A model generated the notes under the pieces. The model ran no database searches and was not told the DNA's origin. It saw only the letters and a list, made by a program, of their open reading frames with translations. Shown piece by piece: positions 1 to 14,442 of a DNA stretch of 64,000 nt. The stretch comes from Felis catus. Its lineage: Eukaryota. Every line of letters begins with the position of its first letter. The first letter of the stretch is position 1. The stretch spans positions 159,404,001 to 159,468,000 of the forward strand of contig NC_058368.1 in NCBI RefSeq assembly GCF_018350175.1, written 5' to 3'. A program made the translations under genes and the position numbers.

Positions 1-3000
1 TTATCCTAGGTTGTCCAATTTGTTGGCATATAACTTTTCATAATATTGTCTTGTAATTGTTTGCATTTCTGTGGTGTCACTTATTTCTCCTCTTTTATTT
101 GTGATTTTGTCCGTGTTCTCTTTTTTTATGAGTCTGTCTAGAGGCTTATCAATTTTGTTGATCTTTTCACAGAATTAGCTCTTGGTTTAATTGATCTGTT
201 CTATTGTTTATTTTAGTTTCTATATTATTTATTTCAGCCCTAATCTTTATTATTTCCTTCCTCCTGCTGGTTTTGAGTTTTGTTTTTTCTTTTTTTTTTC
301 TAGCTCCTTTAGGTGCAAGGTTACCTTATTTATTTGATATTTTTCTTGTTTCTTAATATGGGCCTGTATTACTATAAACTTCCCTCTTAAAAAGGTTTTG
401 TTGCATCCCAAAGATTTCGGACTGTTGTGTTCGCATTTTCATTTGTCTCCATGTATTTTTTTTTATTTCTTCTTTGCTTCCTTTGTCAACCCATTCGTTG
501 TTTAGTAGCATGTTATTTATCCTTCATGTATTTGTGATCTTTCCATATTTTTCCCTTGTAATTGATTTCTAGTTTCATAGCATTGTGGTCAGAAGAAATG
601 CATGGAATTACTTCAATTTTTTTTCAATTGTTGAGACTTTTTTTGGACTAATATGTAATCTTCTCTGGAGAATATTCCATGTACACTTGACATGAATGTG
701 TATTCTGCTGTTTAGGATGCAGTGTTCTTAATATATCTGTTAAATCCATCTGGTCTAGTGTGTTCTTGAAAAGTCACTGTTTTCTTGTTTATTTTCTATT
801 TGGATGATTTGTCCAATTGTCCATTGTAAGTGAGGTGTTAAAGTCCCTTACTGTATCCTATTACTACTGATTAATTTCTTTATGTTTGTTATTAACTGTG
901 TTATGTATTTGGGTGCTTCCATGTTCAATGCATAAATATTTACAATTGTTATATAGTCTTTTTGGATTGTCCCTTTTATTATTATATAGTGTCTTCCTTT
1001 GTCTCTTGTTTTAGTCTTTGTTTTCAAGTCTGTCTTGTCCAATGTAAGTATTGTCACTCCAGCTTTCTTTTAACATTAATTTGCATGACAAATGTTTCTC
1101 CATCCCCTCACTTTCAATCTGCATGTATCTTTAGCGCTGAAAGGAGCCTGTTTTAGGCAGCATATAGATGGGTCTTGTTTTTTTTTAATCCATTCTGTCA
1201 CTCTATGTCTTTTGATCAGAATGTTTAGTCCATTTACATTCAAAGTAATTTTTGTTAATTATGTATTTATTTATATTTTGTTACTTGTTTTTGTGGTTGT
1301 TTTATAGTTTTTCTCTGATTCTTCTCTTGCTCTCTTTCATGGTGTGCTGACTTTCTTTAGTGATACTCTTGGATTCCTCTTTTTTCTCTATGTCTATTGC
1401 TGCATTTTGATTTGTGGTTACCATTAGATTTGTATTTAAATATCTTCTGTGTATAGCAGTCTATATTAAATTGATGATCTTGTAAGTTTTAGGTGTATGA
1501 TGTCATATTTTACATCTTTTTTATAGATCAGAAAGGAGTGGCAGGGTATATTCTGACTTATTTTTACAGATATATTTATTTTTATTGCTTATGTGTTTTC
1601 TACTTTTCAAGCTCTTCCTTATTTATGGTCTTTCCTTTCCAGTTAAAGAATCCCCTTTAACATTTCTTGTAAGTCTGGTTTAGTGATCATGAACTCCTTT
1701 AGCTTTTGTTTGTTTGAGAAACTTTTTATCTCTTCTTCTAATCCAATTGATAGTCTTGATGCATGAAATACTCTTGGCTGAAGATGTTTTTTCTTTAAAC
1801 ACTTTGAATATATCCTACCACTCTAGGATTTCTGTTTCTGCAAAGTTTCTGCTGAAAAGTTACCTGATAGCCTTATGGGGTTTTCCTTGTATGTAACTGT
1901 CTTCTTTTATTGCTTTTAAAATTCTCTCTTTATTATTACTTTTTGCCATTTTAATTACTATGTGTCTTGGTGTGGACCTTCTTGTATTGATTTTATTAGG
2001 GGATTTATGGACCTCCTCAATCTGGATGTCTATTTCCTTCCCCAGACTAGGGAAGTTTTCAGCTATTATTTCTTCAAATATATTTTCTGTCCCCTTTTCT
2101 CTCTCTTCTCCTCCTGAGATCCCTATCCTGTGAGCATTATTATGCTTGATGGAGTCACTGAGTTCCCTAAATCTATTCTTATTTTTCATAATTCTTTCTC
2201 TCACCTGCCCAGCTTGATTATTTTCCATTACTCTGTTCTCCATGCTGCTAATTTGTTCCTTTGCTTCCTCTAGCCTGCTATTTATTCCATTTAGTGTATT
2301 TTTAATTTCATTTATTGTGTTCTTCATTTCTGATTGGTTCTTTTCTATCTCTTTGTTAAGGTCTCACTGATGCTCTCCACTGTTTTCTCAAGTCCAGTAA
2401 GTATTTTTATGATCATTAATTTAAATTCCCTATCATGTATATTACTTTTATCCATTTCATTTAGTTCTCTCTCTGTGGTTTTGTCCTATTATTTCATTTG
2501 GGGCGTTTTCTTCTATTTCCACATTTTTTCTAACTCTATTTTTCTGTGTTACAAAAGTCAACTATGTCTTCTCTCTTGAAAGTAATGACCTTATAAAGAA
2601 GAGGTCCTGTAGTCCCTGAAGTGCAGTGTTTGCTATTCACTAAAACTTGGTGTTTCAGGGAGCGTCGTCTCCTATGTGTGTTGCATTTGCTCTGCTGTTG
2701 TGTCCTGGCTGCTTTTTCCTTCAGTCCAGTGTTCTGCAGAGGCTCTCTTTGCCTGTGTAGGTAGTTTTGTTCCCTGGCTAGCATGGTGCACACAATTTTA
2801 ACAAGGTATGTGTGGGTCTGCTTGAGAAAGGAGACCAGCAGTCACCACTGCAGGGACTGGGGCTATGTAGGCAGTGTAAGCACATTTTTAACAAGGTGCA
2901 CCTCAGACTTCCACAAGCCCCGCTGTTGCATCTGTTGCCACTGCCACCACCAGGACTAAGGCCCCACAAAGTGCATGAGTCAGGAGACATGATGTTGGCA

Positions 3001-3350
3001 AGGTTTCCAGAGGTCTTATAGAGGAGGAGACCCAAAGCACTGGGACTGAGGCAGAGGTGGCTGGAAAGGGTAGATCCACTGAACCATGGGAGTGTGGGGC
3101 TTGGTATAGGTATATTAAGTAGTGAATATCAGTATTTCCCTAGTTCCACAGGTGGCTTTGTGTTTATCCTGAGGGGCAGGAGAGGGAAATGGCACATGCC
3201 TGCTCCTTTGTTCCTGGAGAGTTTTTCTTGTGATCCTTACCCCTCTGAGACAGGCCCTGAGATGAGTAAATAGCCCTTTCTCCTGTATGACCCAGGTATT
3301 TTTCAAACTACCACTTCTACATTGTATCTCCATACAGTCCACTTTGCTCC
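1..3350 (-). mobile_element. Old LINE-1 (carnivore/L1MA-type), 5' part: 5'UTR, ORF1, long inter-ORF spacer and ORF2 endonuclease region; continues beyond the window start
   Basis: Minus ORF 1860-2327 is L1 ORF1p-like (INSRLEEAKEQIS...TPRHIVIKMAK); minus ORF 848-1057 is ORF2 endonuclease-like (GHYIIIKGTIQ..ITIVNIYA); many stops and frameshifts. Confidence 0.93.
1643..2580 (-). pseudogene. Decayed L1 ORF1p
   Basis: 155-aa open segment with coiled-coil/RRM-like L1 ORF1 motifs; C-terminus EMLKGIL* ends at 1643; 5' boundary approximate. Confidence 0.8.
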
Positions 3351-5708
3351 TGGCTTTCAAGTTCTTTTTAAGATAAGAATATTCTTCCAATAGCCTTCTT
3401 TCTTTTTTCCACATTTATGAATCAAAATCAATGAAAAAGTATCTGATATTTAATAGTCTGGGTTTTTCCAGTAAAATCTCTGGCATATGTAATGCATATC
3501 TGTATATGTGTGTTTATATGTGTGTATACATATATACCTGTTATATCTTTTCAATGGCTCTCAGTTTTCATTTTTCATCTGTTATCCCTAAATACCTTGA
3601 AAATTGAGTCTCTTCTGTTTTTAGGTTACATATTTATGAAACTATACCTATTTTTTGGTTAATTAATTTGTATGTTAAAATGTGGTTCTCTATACATCAT
3701 GCTGATAATTCTCTCCCTCACGCATTTCTGGAGAAGGCAAACAATTTACTTGTCTTTCAGGCCCTGATTCTGTTGAGAATTGCCCACCTGCAGCCAAACG
3801 CCTTAATATATACCCTACATTCATAGTTATATCTCCACACGGCACCAACTTCCCCTCCTCTTTTCTGCACAGGTATTGGATGTCAGTATCTCATTTACTA
3901 CCATATGATTGCAAACTGCTCTCTTTTATAAGGGTTACATACTAAAGGCTCTTATCTTTGCATCCACCATAATGTAACTCCCTTTCCTTTTCTTAGTTTA
4001 TAATAAACTTTCTCTCTTTTGAAACTTATTTTGAGAAAGAAAAATATATTAACATATAGTTCCTGAGTATATTTATGGCTAGGAGTGTAGCTATTTACCC
4101 ACTAGTATTCAGATATGTCAAATTCAAACTGTAGGTATTTGTGGATATATCCGCATGTATATCTATCTATATATTTTTAAAATACACATTCATATATTAC
4201 ATATTTGTATATCCACATGTATGTCTCTTTATATATTTTAAAAATACATATACATGCAGATACATTTACTTATTTGTCTGGAAAAATTAGGAAATATGTG
4301 CTTTGAGTTTGCCTCAATAATGCAAGCTCCTGTTTTGTCAGGTATCTGGAAAATAACTTCTATTCTTAAAATTGTTTCCTTCAGTGTATCATAGTATAAA
4401 TAATATAAACAATACCTTACTGTTTCCTTTTTCCAATTTCACTGGATAGTCAAGTTTTTCCACATTCATTTTCAGGCTCAAGTTTGTTCTTTTTCATCTT
4501 TTCTCTTTAGCCTCAGCATGGGAAATATGTTCAAATAACATTACTGTTTCAAAAATGTAACTCTAAAAGAAGTAGGCACTATATTTTTTTTATACCTCAC
4601 ATATAATTAAACCCACCAGGCAAATCTGTCAATTCCTGGTAAACCCCCCATTGGTACAGGACCTCACAGCATATGTGTGTGCCCAAAAGGACACATCATA
4701 TATCTACTCATGTTCCTGTGTGCTGCCAGTTCTTTGAATTACAAAACATCTCTTTTATATTGTTTTTCCCCATTCAGAATAGCATGTGGACAAGGTGAAG
4801 ATGTAGCAACATTTGTGTTTCAGACAATCACACATGATTCATGTATTAATGCAAAGATGTTCAAGATAGGAACTTTCCTCTTCTAGCATCTTTCCTCTGA
4901 AGTAAATTACTGAGTGAAAATTAAAACAACAATAACAACAACACAAGAAAACAGAAAGCAATTATAATCTTTATCTAGCCCCATCATATATTACCAAAGG
5001 TGGAGAAAGGCAAGTGGAGAATAATTGGATCTCAAATACTCTTGCCACATCAGGTTTTCTTACTTCGAAAGGACCTCCCATCTCTCTGGATCTGCTGTCT
5101 GTGGGTCCCAGGTGTGGTTGAGATTTAGATTAATAAAGACACCTCAAGGCACAAGAAGACATTCTGAACATGATTAGTAAATGTCCATTGCTTTCCTGGG
5201 CAGACAATATATAGTCAGTCAATTTAAGTCTGCACAAAAATGACCTCTGAGGCCCTTTTGCAGTCCTGAAATTGTATTATGAGGATACAATTAAGCTGAG
5301 CGAGTTTCTAGTGGGTGCACCTGCTCCCCTTCTCTTAAGGGAATGGCAACAATAGAATAGACTAACAAATTGACAAGTTGAAGGTGGTATTGGTGCAATA
5401 TTTTGAATGCTTTGCCTCATAATTTTGCCTATTAAAAACACAGCTGGTATATAAGGGAGATTTGTAAGAGCACGTGTTTTGAAATTCAGGTTTGGTTTAC
5501 ATGTAATATATGAAATCATTTCAGTTTGTATATATAAGATTGTGCATGGAGTGTATACAAAGATGACGTGATGTCTCAGAGGTAACGTTTATTTTATTAT
5601 TTGAAAGAGATATCCCAATATTACTAGAACTCAAGGATAAAGTAATACTTTATATTTTAGTGGTTGGGGCAAAAAGTATGCATCTCTTTGCATGTGTAAA
5701 ATAAACCT

Positions 5709-5760
5709 GAATAAAATGAATAAATGAATAAAATGAATAAAATAAAATGAATAAAATGAA
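5709..5760 (+). repeat. (GAATAAAAT/GAATAAAT)n short tandem repeat
   Basis: Visible tandem units. Confidence 0.8.
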
Positions 5761-6526
5761 TCTGAAGTCTGAGAAATAGTTCCCAAACACAAGTGGACCC
5801 TATCTTGTCTCTGCTCTCTGGTAATTAAGTCTAACATGCAAAATAGATTCAAGTAATAAATGACTAGTCCTATCTAATGAGCTGCTCATTTCATTGTTTG
5901 CCTCAATTCAAAGGTGACTGACGTAAAATACAGGCCAAAAGGACATATCAAAGCAAAATTGCATCTCTCCATTGATATTGCAATTTGTGGGGCTCCTAGT
6001 CAAAGGGGAGATGACTTAAAGCACTGAAGATTAAGATGGGTCATTTCCCTAACCTTTAAAATAACTGTGATTGAAGAATTGGCTATCAGGCAGCTGGAAA
6101 AGAGCAATGTCGTATTGTATTGTTGCTCTGAAAAATGGTGTTAAGGGAGTATTCACAGAAATGTTTGAAGGCTGGAAGCTAGGACATCTTGAGAGCTTTC
6201 CCACTTGTGACCTTTCACTGTGCCCATTATGGACAGAAAGGAATGTCAGGATGCACCAAGGGCAATTTTCTAGAGAAAAGTCAGAAGGGGTTGATAGGAA
6301 TGGAAGTTGACCTTTTCTACAGCACCATTCCCTTGTCAATGCTTCATAAATACAGATATACCAACCTGCTGCTGCCCTTCTATGACACGCTCTGAGTTAG
6401 AAAAAAAAAGATTATTTATCAGTTTTAATTTCAGTTCAGAGTTTTTAATTCTTTGTGATGATTAGTTCATACCAAAGTATTCATTGACGTTCTTTGAGAT
6501 CCCCTAACATAGTCATATACATTTTA

Positions 6527-6578
6527 AAAAGAAGAAGAAAGGGAGGGAGGGAGGGAGGAAGGGAGGAAGGAAGGAAGT
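6527..6578 (+). repeat. Compound (GAA)(GGGA)(GGAA) purine microsatellite
   Basis: Visible repeat. Confidence 0.85.
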
Positions 6579-7528
6579 CTTCTGTTTCTACCAGTTGTGT
6601 GTTTGCACACCGCCTACCTGGAAACCTATTCACCCCTACAGATGGTCACATTGTCACACTTGGGTGTTAATTTCTCTGTTCTCCTTGTTCCAGCTGTTAT
6701 TTTCTAGGAGGGCAGAAAGTCTCTCAGAAACAAGTACTATCAAGACATGTCTTCCCATCTGTAGTACATAAAGATGTATTTATATCTTGCTATTAAGTGT
6801 GCTGTTTACTAAGCATTCCTCTTGTAAATTTTACAATCCTCTGGGGGAAATAGAGTACTTTTCTGTATTTCATTCACTCTGTTACCATCTCTAATTCACT
6901 GAGGCAGGCAGATAATATTAGAGTGACAATTTTAATGCAGATAGAGCATTCAGGCAAATATGGTACAGATCTGAAACAGCCAAACATTGTTTCTGTCCCA
7001 CTACAGACTTATATCTTTTAGGTGAATTATATCTTTTTACCCATAAACCCTTATAAATGTTATTTTGGCATCAGATTATAAATTCTCTTTTGCTTACATC
7101 ATCTTTCTAATGAATTAGTGAGATTAATGAGGCACACAAATAAAGAGTCTTGGTCTTAAGATATTATGAAGTGCAAGTATTCCTCCATGAGAGCCAAATG
7201 GAAAATTAATTTTCCTTTTTCAGAATTGGCAAAGCAGAAAACAAGACTGGAACATCACCTCAAGGCTTGTTTAAGCAAAGTGTCTCATGCATTCTAACAC
7301 TGTTTCCTGCTCCATTAATGCTTTAATATGAAAATCTCTGATGTTCAGCCTCATCCTATTTTATCCCCCTGCCAACTCCCTTCTTTAATGGCAGATTCCA
7401 AAATGTTCTCTCAGGTAGGAATGCTGCCGTTCAGGCTGAAACATCAGGGATATTTTCCCTGGAAGAAACAGGTAACATCACATCAAGGAGATTATTGGAC
7501 ACAGAGCAGTTAGCAGCCAGTTGCTGAT

Positions 7529-7952
7529 TGTATTAGTTTGCTAAAGCTACTATAACAAAGTACTACAGACTGAATGCCTTACCAAAGCATAAATTTATTG
7601 CCTCATAGTTCTAAATGCTAGAGATCTGAAATCAAAATCTTAGCAGGGTAGGCCCTTTTTGAGGACTGTGAGGGAAGGAACTGTTCTAGGACTCTGTCTT
7701 TGGCTAGCGGATGCCCATTTTCTTTCTGTATCTGTTCACCTGGAATTTTCCCTGTGTATGTTCTATGTCCAAATGTCCCCTTTAATACGGATACCAGTAC
7801 TACGGCATTAGGGGCTCACTGTATTCCAATCTGACCTCATCTTAGCTAAATATATCTCTAACAACTCTATGTTCAAATAAGGTCTCAATCTGAGATCCTG
7901 GGGGCTAGGATATCAACATATGAATTTTGCCAGACTAATTCAACCCATAATA
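7529..7952 (-). mobile_element. MaLR solo LTR (MLT1-type)
   Basis: Ends tgtattagtttgct... and ...attcaacccataata match the reverse of MLT1 termini; 5-bp flanks ctgat/cttat resemble a decayed TSD. Confidence 0.85.
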
Positions 7953-8039
7953 CTTATATATTTTAGGGACATTCCTCCTGCTTCCAAAAGAATATGAAAG
8001 GGATATTCAACATCATATAACCTTGGAAAGGAAAATTGA

Positions 8040-8720
8040 AGCCACAGAGAAATACATTATATCCCATCATAATGGCTAAGGACCCACATGTCTTTCAGTA
8101 CTAGAATAGATACATGAATTGTGAAATATTCATTGCAGTAAGGCTTTGGAGCAACCAGTTTATAAAATGGTCCAACCACGTTGAGAAAATGCTTCGTGCT
8201 ATCTACTAAAATCACTTATCCTATAACTGCAAAATTTCAATCATAGACAGGTACCAAAGAAAAATGAGGGCATATGTTCAGCAAAAGTCATATACAAGAA
8301 TGTTTACAGCAGCTTTATTAATAAAACCAAAAAAATTGCAAACAACCAACATATCCTACAATAGTAGAATGGATAAGTGAATTTTGATATGGTCAGTGGA
8401 CTATAACACAGTGATTAAAAAGAACAATCTGCTACATGCAACATCAAAGCTAATCTTATAGACACAATGTTAAGCAAAACATCCTATAACAAATAAATAC
8501 ATGCTATAAAGTCCTACTCATATGAAGTTCAGAAACAGTGATAAAAATCAGGATAAAGATTACCTCTGGTGGAGTGGTATTGACTGTGGAGCAGTAAGCA
8601 CATGAGAAAAAAATCTTGTGGTATATTTACTGTTCTATATTTGATCTGGGCAGTAGTATGGTAGGTGTATACCATATTTTTGTATATGTGTTATACCTCA
8701 AAAAAAGTTGAAATCACACA
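8040..8720 (+). mobile_element. Ancient L1 (L1MC/L1ME-type) 3' fragments
   Basis: Degenerate ORF2 3'-end/3'UTR motifs (tatacaagaatgtttacagcagctttatt; gtagaatggataa; gatctgggcagtagt). Confidence 0.7.
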
Positions 8721-11531
8721 AAAATACAATAAAAACTAAAGAAGAGATCAAGTAACTTGTAAAATACTATTCCCATAAAACCATTAATACAGAATTTAAA
8801 AAGCAAAAACTTGTAGTAAAGACAGAATCTGGTCTTAGCCTCTAGTTTTAGGATTTTATGCTAAATGGCTCCATGACTCGGCTATAACAAGTAATGGGGA
8901 AATTCCCACTTAACCTGATAAACACAGCTTGCTCCCTATTTGTTTAACTTAAAAAGTAGTGGCAGTGTGATGGTTTCTTCCTCCTGTTCTGCCCCATCCC
9001 ACCCTTCTCTCAGACATCATGCCCACACTATGTTCTCCTCATTTAATATATATCAGGAAATTTCCATTTAATAATGGGCATTTATGGAAAATATAGGGCT
9101 CAGGGGGATGATTAAGATGTTCCTATATGATACATTTATTTTCAATCTTTTACATTTGAATCAAAAGTCAAGGCCCAGGCCTGGGGCATGTTCAGCTCAT
9201 GCCAAAATACCAGAAGGGGAATATTTCCATTGGAATGACTCAGGCTACTCACCAAATATTTACACATCCTTTCACACCCTTAACTCTGCAATGAAGAATT
9301 TGTGAATTTGGAGGTATTCCAGAATCATATAAATCCCTCTATTTTGAATTCAAAACCAACTCTCTTGAAAAAGAAGACTAATCCTTGTTGAAAGCATCAG
9401 AAACATTGTTTATAAATGTCAGGAAATAAGGATTCTAAATAATTTCCCTGGCATTTCCTATGGTTCTTCATAGGAAGAATATATACTCACCAGGTTAAGA
9501 AGTTGAATCTTAAGGAACTCCACAGGATTTTAATACTGGGTTGTGCATAAAGGAAGGAACCTTTTCTTGGGTCCATCAAATAGTAAGCCGATATATGGTT
9601 TTAAAGTGTTGCAGGAAGTCCTCTTTATTTCTCTTTATTATGTTAATCAATTACCTAATTAATTGCTTTCTTAGCAGTAAGCCCTAAGGCAAGCAATCAC
9701 CTCTGACTCTTAGGAGAGCAGTAACTTGTAGCCTTAATTCCTCCTGAGCCCAAGTATCAAAAATAGCAGGTCAAAGACAATAAAGAATTGTTAAAAAAGA
9801 TTAAATATTTCGATTAACAGACTATTAATAACATAAAAATAGTTTTAGTAGGGTGATATTAGAATTAAATCCTTAAGGTTTTAGTGGTTAAAATTTGTAT
9901 AAATGATTAATATCATTGGCTGGGCTAAGTATGAACTCCACATAGTAATTTCAAATACTGCTGCCATATATTTTGGATATTTTTCTCCTCCAAATCAGTA
10001 AAATGACTGTTACCACCCTTGGTGAATGCTTCTAGTCAGGATGGAATAATGGTGAGGTTTGGTCCAGTCACTCTTCTATTTCATTCTTGCTCTAAAACCC
10101 AGGAGCCTACTTGTCAAGGATGGCCTCCCTGGCAGGAACAGCCCACTGTGCCATCTCTCTGGTGAAGGGGAAGCCATGCTCCTCAAATCAGACTTTTATA
10201 AAGTAGTTAAGGAAGAATTTAATACTGGGAAATTCAGACAACTTTAAGAGACAATTGAAGGTAAGGATCCATCTCTTAATCTCCATCTAATCATATCACA
10301 TAACTGTTTGCTGGCTTTACTTCTCTAATGCTGGTCTTGTCTAGAGTATTAAGACAAAAATGGTAAAAGAGTAGGGTGGTGGAAATCATCCATGAATACA
10401 AGCTTTGCTTTCTATGAATCTAGGATATAGGGCTGTGATATTCTGTTATATCTCTGGTTCCAGCAGCTGTGGAAGTGCAGGTGTATGTCTTCTTGATAGT
10501 GAGAAGTAGATATGTTGTTAAATCAATTCCTTCTCTAGGGGTTTCTTCCGTTGAAGCTTCCCGTGACACATGTAGGAGATTTATGGCAGGAAACAGTTTA
10601 GAATTGGGCCCGGTGTGAATACTTTTATTAGGCCCAACATGCACTGAAATAAAGTCCTACTGCTGCTGGGACAGTTTGCAAACACTCTTACTTATGAGTG
10701 TGTTTCTAATTCCCAAGAGCCCATCTCATTCCTGCACACAAAGCTGCCTGGGAAGAAGTCAGCTGGATTATGTAAGTAAACTGTGATTGTATTTTATTGT
10801 GCATGGCCAGTGGATTAAGAGGTAGATTCATTATGTACTAGAGATGAGGGTATTTACCCCCTCCCTCAGTGCTCTGACATCTAAAGCACTAACACAGGTT
10901 TTTAAATAATATATGAGCAAGTACTGGACCTTTTCCTCTCCCAGGACTCTCCTCAAAATCAGATCCTTGATATTAGAGCATGTGGAATTCCCCATTGACT
11001 AAGTCCCTGGACAGCATACAGGAGTGAATACCACCAAAATCACTTTCCTCTGCAGCTGCAAAATAATGACCACAAAATAGTTTCTCAAAACAAAGAAAAC
11101 ATGGACTTACAAAAGAGCACTTGAAGGAAAAAAAATTGTCCTCACCATATCAAAACTTTTAATTAAAGAAAAATATTTAGAAAATTAGTGATGTATAGAT
11201 TTCCTATCCTCAAATGTCAGTTTGTTCATTCTTCTGTGTTGATATTTTATCAGGACTCCATATAGCATGGCAACTTAACAGTATAAATACTTTTGTTGTT
11301 TACTTTTTTACCATGTGCCTGAAAAATGTTGAGTAATTGAGGTCAGAAAGTGTCAGTTTTTAATTCATTTACTAATTGCGATATTATTTGGGAGAACTTA
11401 GATTGTACCTAATTTTTTTTTTTGTTAGATACTAGAGTTCTGAAAGGAGAAGTGGGAAGGGCATTGCTTATAAACACTGTTTTTGTTGTAGGAAATACCT
11501 TCCTAAATCTTCTTATTTCTTGCTAATAATT

Positions 11532-11588
11532 GGTAGGTAGGTAGGTAGGTAGGTAGGTAGGTAGGTAGATAGATAGATAGGTAGATAG
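11532..11588 (+). repeat. (GGTA)n(GATA)n tetranucleotide microsatellite
   Basis: Visible repeat. Confidence 0.95.
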
Positions 11589-12470
11589 TATTATAACTAT
11601 CTGGGACACCTTGGCATATGGAGAAAATGTAGGCAGCACCAAAGTTTTGGGTGAGACTTTATCTAGAATTAGTGGATGAAAATAACCATGTTTCTCATAT
11701 AATTTTCTGAGCTATCAATTTAGAAATAATTTCTTTGGATTAAAACACAGGCTGCTTCAGTCAGAGGAGAATATAATTAGAAAATGTTTAATGCTAATAG
11801 AAGCAAGGTAATGAATTTGAAAACCTGTCCATTATCTTACAAAATCTGCATATAGCATGTGGTTATTTGCACATAAAACAAAGCTATATAATCAGTATGA
11901 TGAAAGATCCACAATCACAGAAGCAGAAAAGGCTTAGTAAAATATTGTCCTACTGATGAGAATAGTAATTATGTGCCATAAAGAATTATGTAAAACCTAC
12001 CAGGCCAGCTATGGAAATTCATGTTATCCCCAAAGTATAAGTCACATAATGATTATTGTAATGTTCTAGCCAAGAATTTTGGGAATTAAACACTTAACAA
12101 AGCATGGAAATCTTCTCAGAGCATATTCAAGGCAATTTTTCCATTCTGAACTTTGGAAGACTGAGAAATATAACTAGAAGAAAAGACAGAGATAAAAGCA
12201 GGGAGGCCTCCCAGGACAAACGATGAGTTTGTTTTGTATAATGCAAAATAGAGGCAGGAAAAAAAATCTACTCTAAGAACATTAAGTATTTAATCTTAAA
12301 ACAGGAGTCCTGTGATGTACCATACAAAGACAAAAAAGTTAAAACACATTCATATACAATATCTATTGTACTATTAATTATAATCAGTCATATTTTGTAT
12401 TCAAGTTCCTTTATTGGTAATATTGTTTTAAATCATATCAAAGTAAAACATAGTTTAAATTGGTCCTGAT

Positions 12471-12680
12471 GGGGCATCTGGATGGCTCAGTCAGTTAAGC
12501 ATCTGACTTTGGCTCAGGTCATGGTCTCCTGGTTTGTGAGTTCGAGCCCAGCATCAGGCTCTGTACTGACAACCCAGAGACTGGAGCCTGCTTCAGATTC
12601 TGTGGCTCCCTCTCTCTCTGTCCCTCCCCGACTCGTGCTCTCTCGCCCTCTCTCTTAAAAGTAAGTAAACATTAAAAAAA
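12471..12680 (+). mobile_element. CanSINE (felid)
   Basis: tRNA-like head with A/B boxes (tggctcagtcag, gttcgagccc), CT tract, A tail; decayed TSD aaattggtcctga/aaattgggactga. Confidence 0.95.
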
Positions 12681-14169
12681 TTGGGACTGAAAAGATAAAA
12701 GTAAATATTTTGTCACTTTGTGATTCATTCTGTATAATTATAGTGGTATCACACTTTAAGAAGTACCATCTTAATATGTAAAAAACACATTTGACACATA
12801 CTTTTGCTTCTTGTCTTTTTTTTTTTGAATCAAGAAAACTTTGTTTTAGAATTGAGAGAATACCCTAATTTCAATATCTATCTGTAAATCACTTAGTCAT
12901 ACTTTTTGTTCAGATGTTTGTTTGTTGTTGTTTTTGTTTTGTTTTTTACTGCCATGTAACGGGAGAGATATTCAGGTTGTTGAAAAAAGTGTGAACTTAT
13001 CACCTCTGGTAGAACTTCCTTACCCAGTCCTTACTTGAATCTAGTATACACTCAACCTTGTTCCTGAATTATTCCATAATTCTCAAAATTACATTAAGTA
13101 GATCCATGAAGGAAATTAAAAAAAAATGCTGTCAGCTTATTGGTGAATGCATTCCTGAATTATTACCTTATTTTAATGATAGTTTTCCCCCAAATTCAAT
13201 AATCACAGAGTATTTATAAAAAAAAAAAAAAAAAAAGCAGCTGCCAACTCAGTACCACCATTCAGTGAAAAATTGCCCTTACGAGAGCAGGTCTCTCCAA
13301 AGAGTGGCTCTGTGCTTATTTGAGAAACCCTAAATTATGTTGAAATTACTGCAGATGTATGTGAAAACCATAGGAATATCAGACAAGTTCATTGTAAATA
13401 GTGATATTGTTTTCTTAGTTTTCTGAATTACATTTATTAATTCTTAACTCTAAAACAGCAACAGAGAAATGATTTGATTCTAAATGTGACTTCAGCCCAC
13501 ATTTGAGCTTTGCTGTCTGTGATGTGATGTTTCAGTAACCAACATTTTGTTTCATAAGGGATCAGAACCAATTCTGCAGCATTCAATGCCATAATCATTG
13601 TTCACTCATAGTCCTTCCTTTGTTTTAAATAAAGAGGCTCACAGATTTGCACTGTGCAGTTAAATTTGAATAAACACATACCCAAAGATTTCATGATTTG
13701 ATATTTAAACTGTTTACCTTAGGTAATTAGAAACAGTGTCATCATATTCCTTGAAATATTTAAACACTATATATTTTTAAAATAATTTCCCTGAACATTG
13801 TTTGGATATGTCTTAATGGGAAAAAGTCAGATGTCAGATATGGTAGAAAGATACTTTTTACTGTGACTTTTAACTGTGAAGTCTGTATATGTGTAAAGGC
13901 TCAAATTAGAAAGAACAAAGTTGCTATAAGATGCACCTCGTTTTAAATCTGGATACATGCTTTATTCTTTTCCTTTAAAGGAAGTCTCCATTTGCAGTCT
14001 ATGTTTACCGTGAGAAACACTGATCAGTACATTTTACAGATTCCTTGATGGAGTCCATCAGTTTTTCTCTGCCCCGTTTTTCAGAGCTACGTTAACTTGA
14101 TCTAGATACATAAACCCACTGAAAGAGTTTGTACCATTGACTCGTGGATTCAGGTTCTAGAAACAGTTG

Positions 14170-14330
14170 ACATATTCATTCAATAGCTGTTTATTGGGTA
14201 TCTGCAATGGACCAGACACATTCTAGGTACTGTAACACAACAATAAACAAAATAGACAAAAACCGCTGCCTGCCTTCATGGAGTTTGCATTCCACTATTA
14301 GAGACAGATAATAAATCAAGAAAAAACAAA
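14170..14330 (-). mobile_element. L2 3' end fragment
   Basis: cattcattcaa...tttattg...cctgccttcatggagtttgcattc is typical of a reversed L2 tail. Confidence 0.7.
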
Positions 14331-14400
14331 TATTTAGTACATTAGATGTAAAATTTTTAAGAAGGAAGAAAAGCATAAGAATAGAAAAGGAAAATATATG

Positions 14401-14401
<1 letters not shown>

Positions 14402-14441
<40 letters not shown>
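14402..14441 (+). repeat. (TG)n microsatellite
   Basis: Visible repeat. Confidence 0.95.

Positions 14442-14442
<1 letters not shown>

Noticed and set aside
7205..7300. Strong-looking splice acceptor (ttttccttttcag) followed by a short open frame
   Set aside because: No convincing donor and no recognisable protein; such acceptors are common by chance in AT-rich DNA
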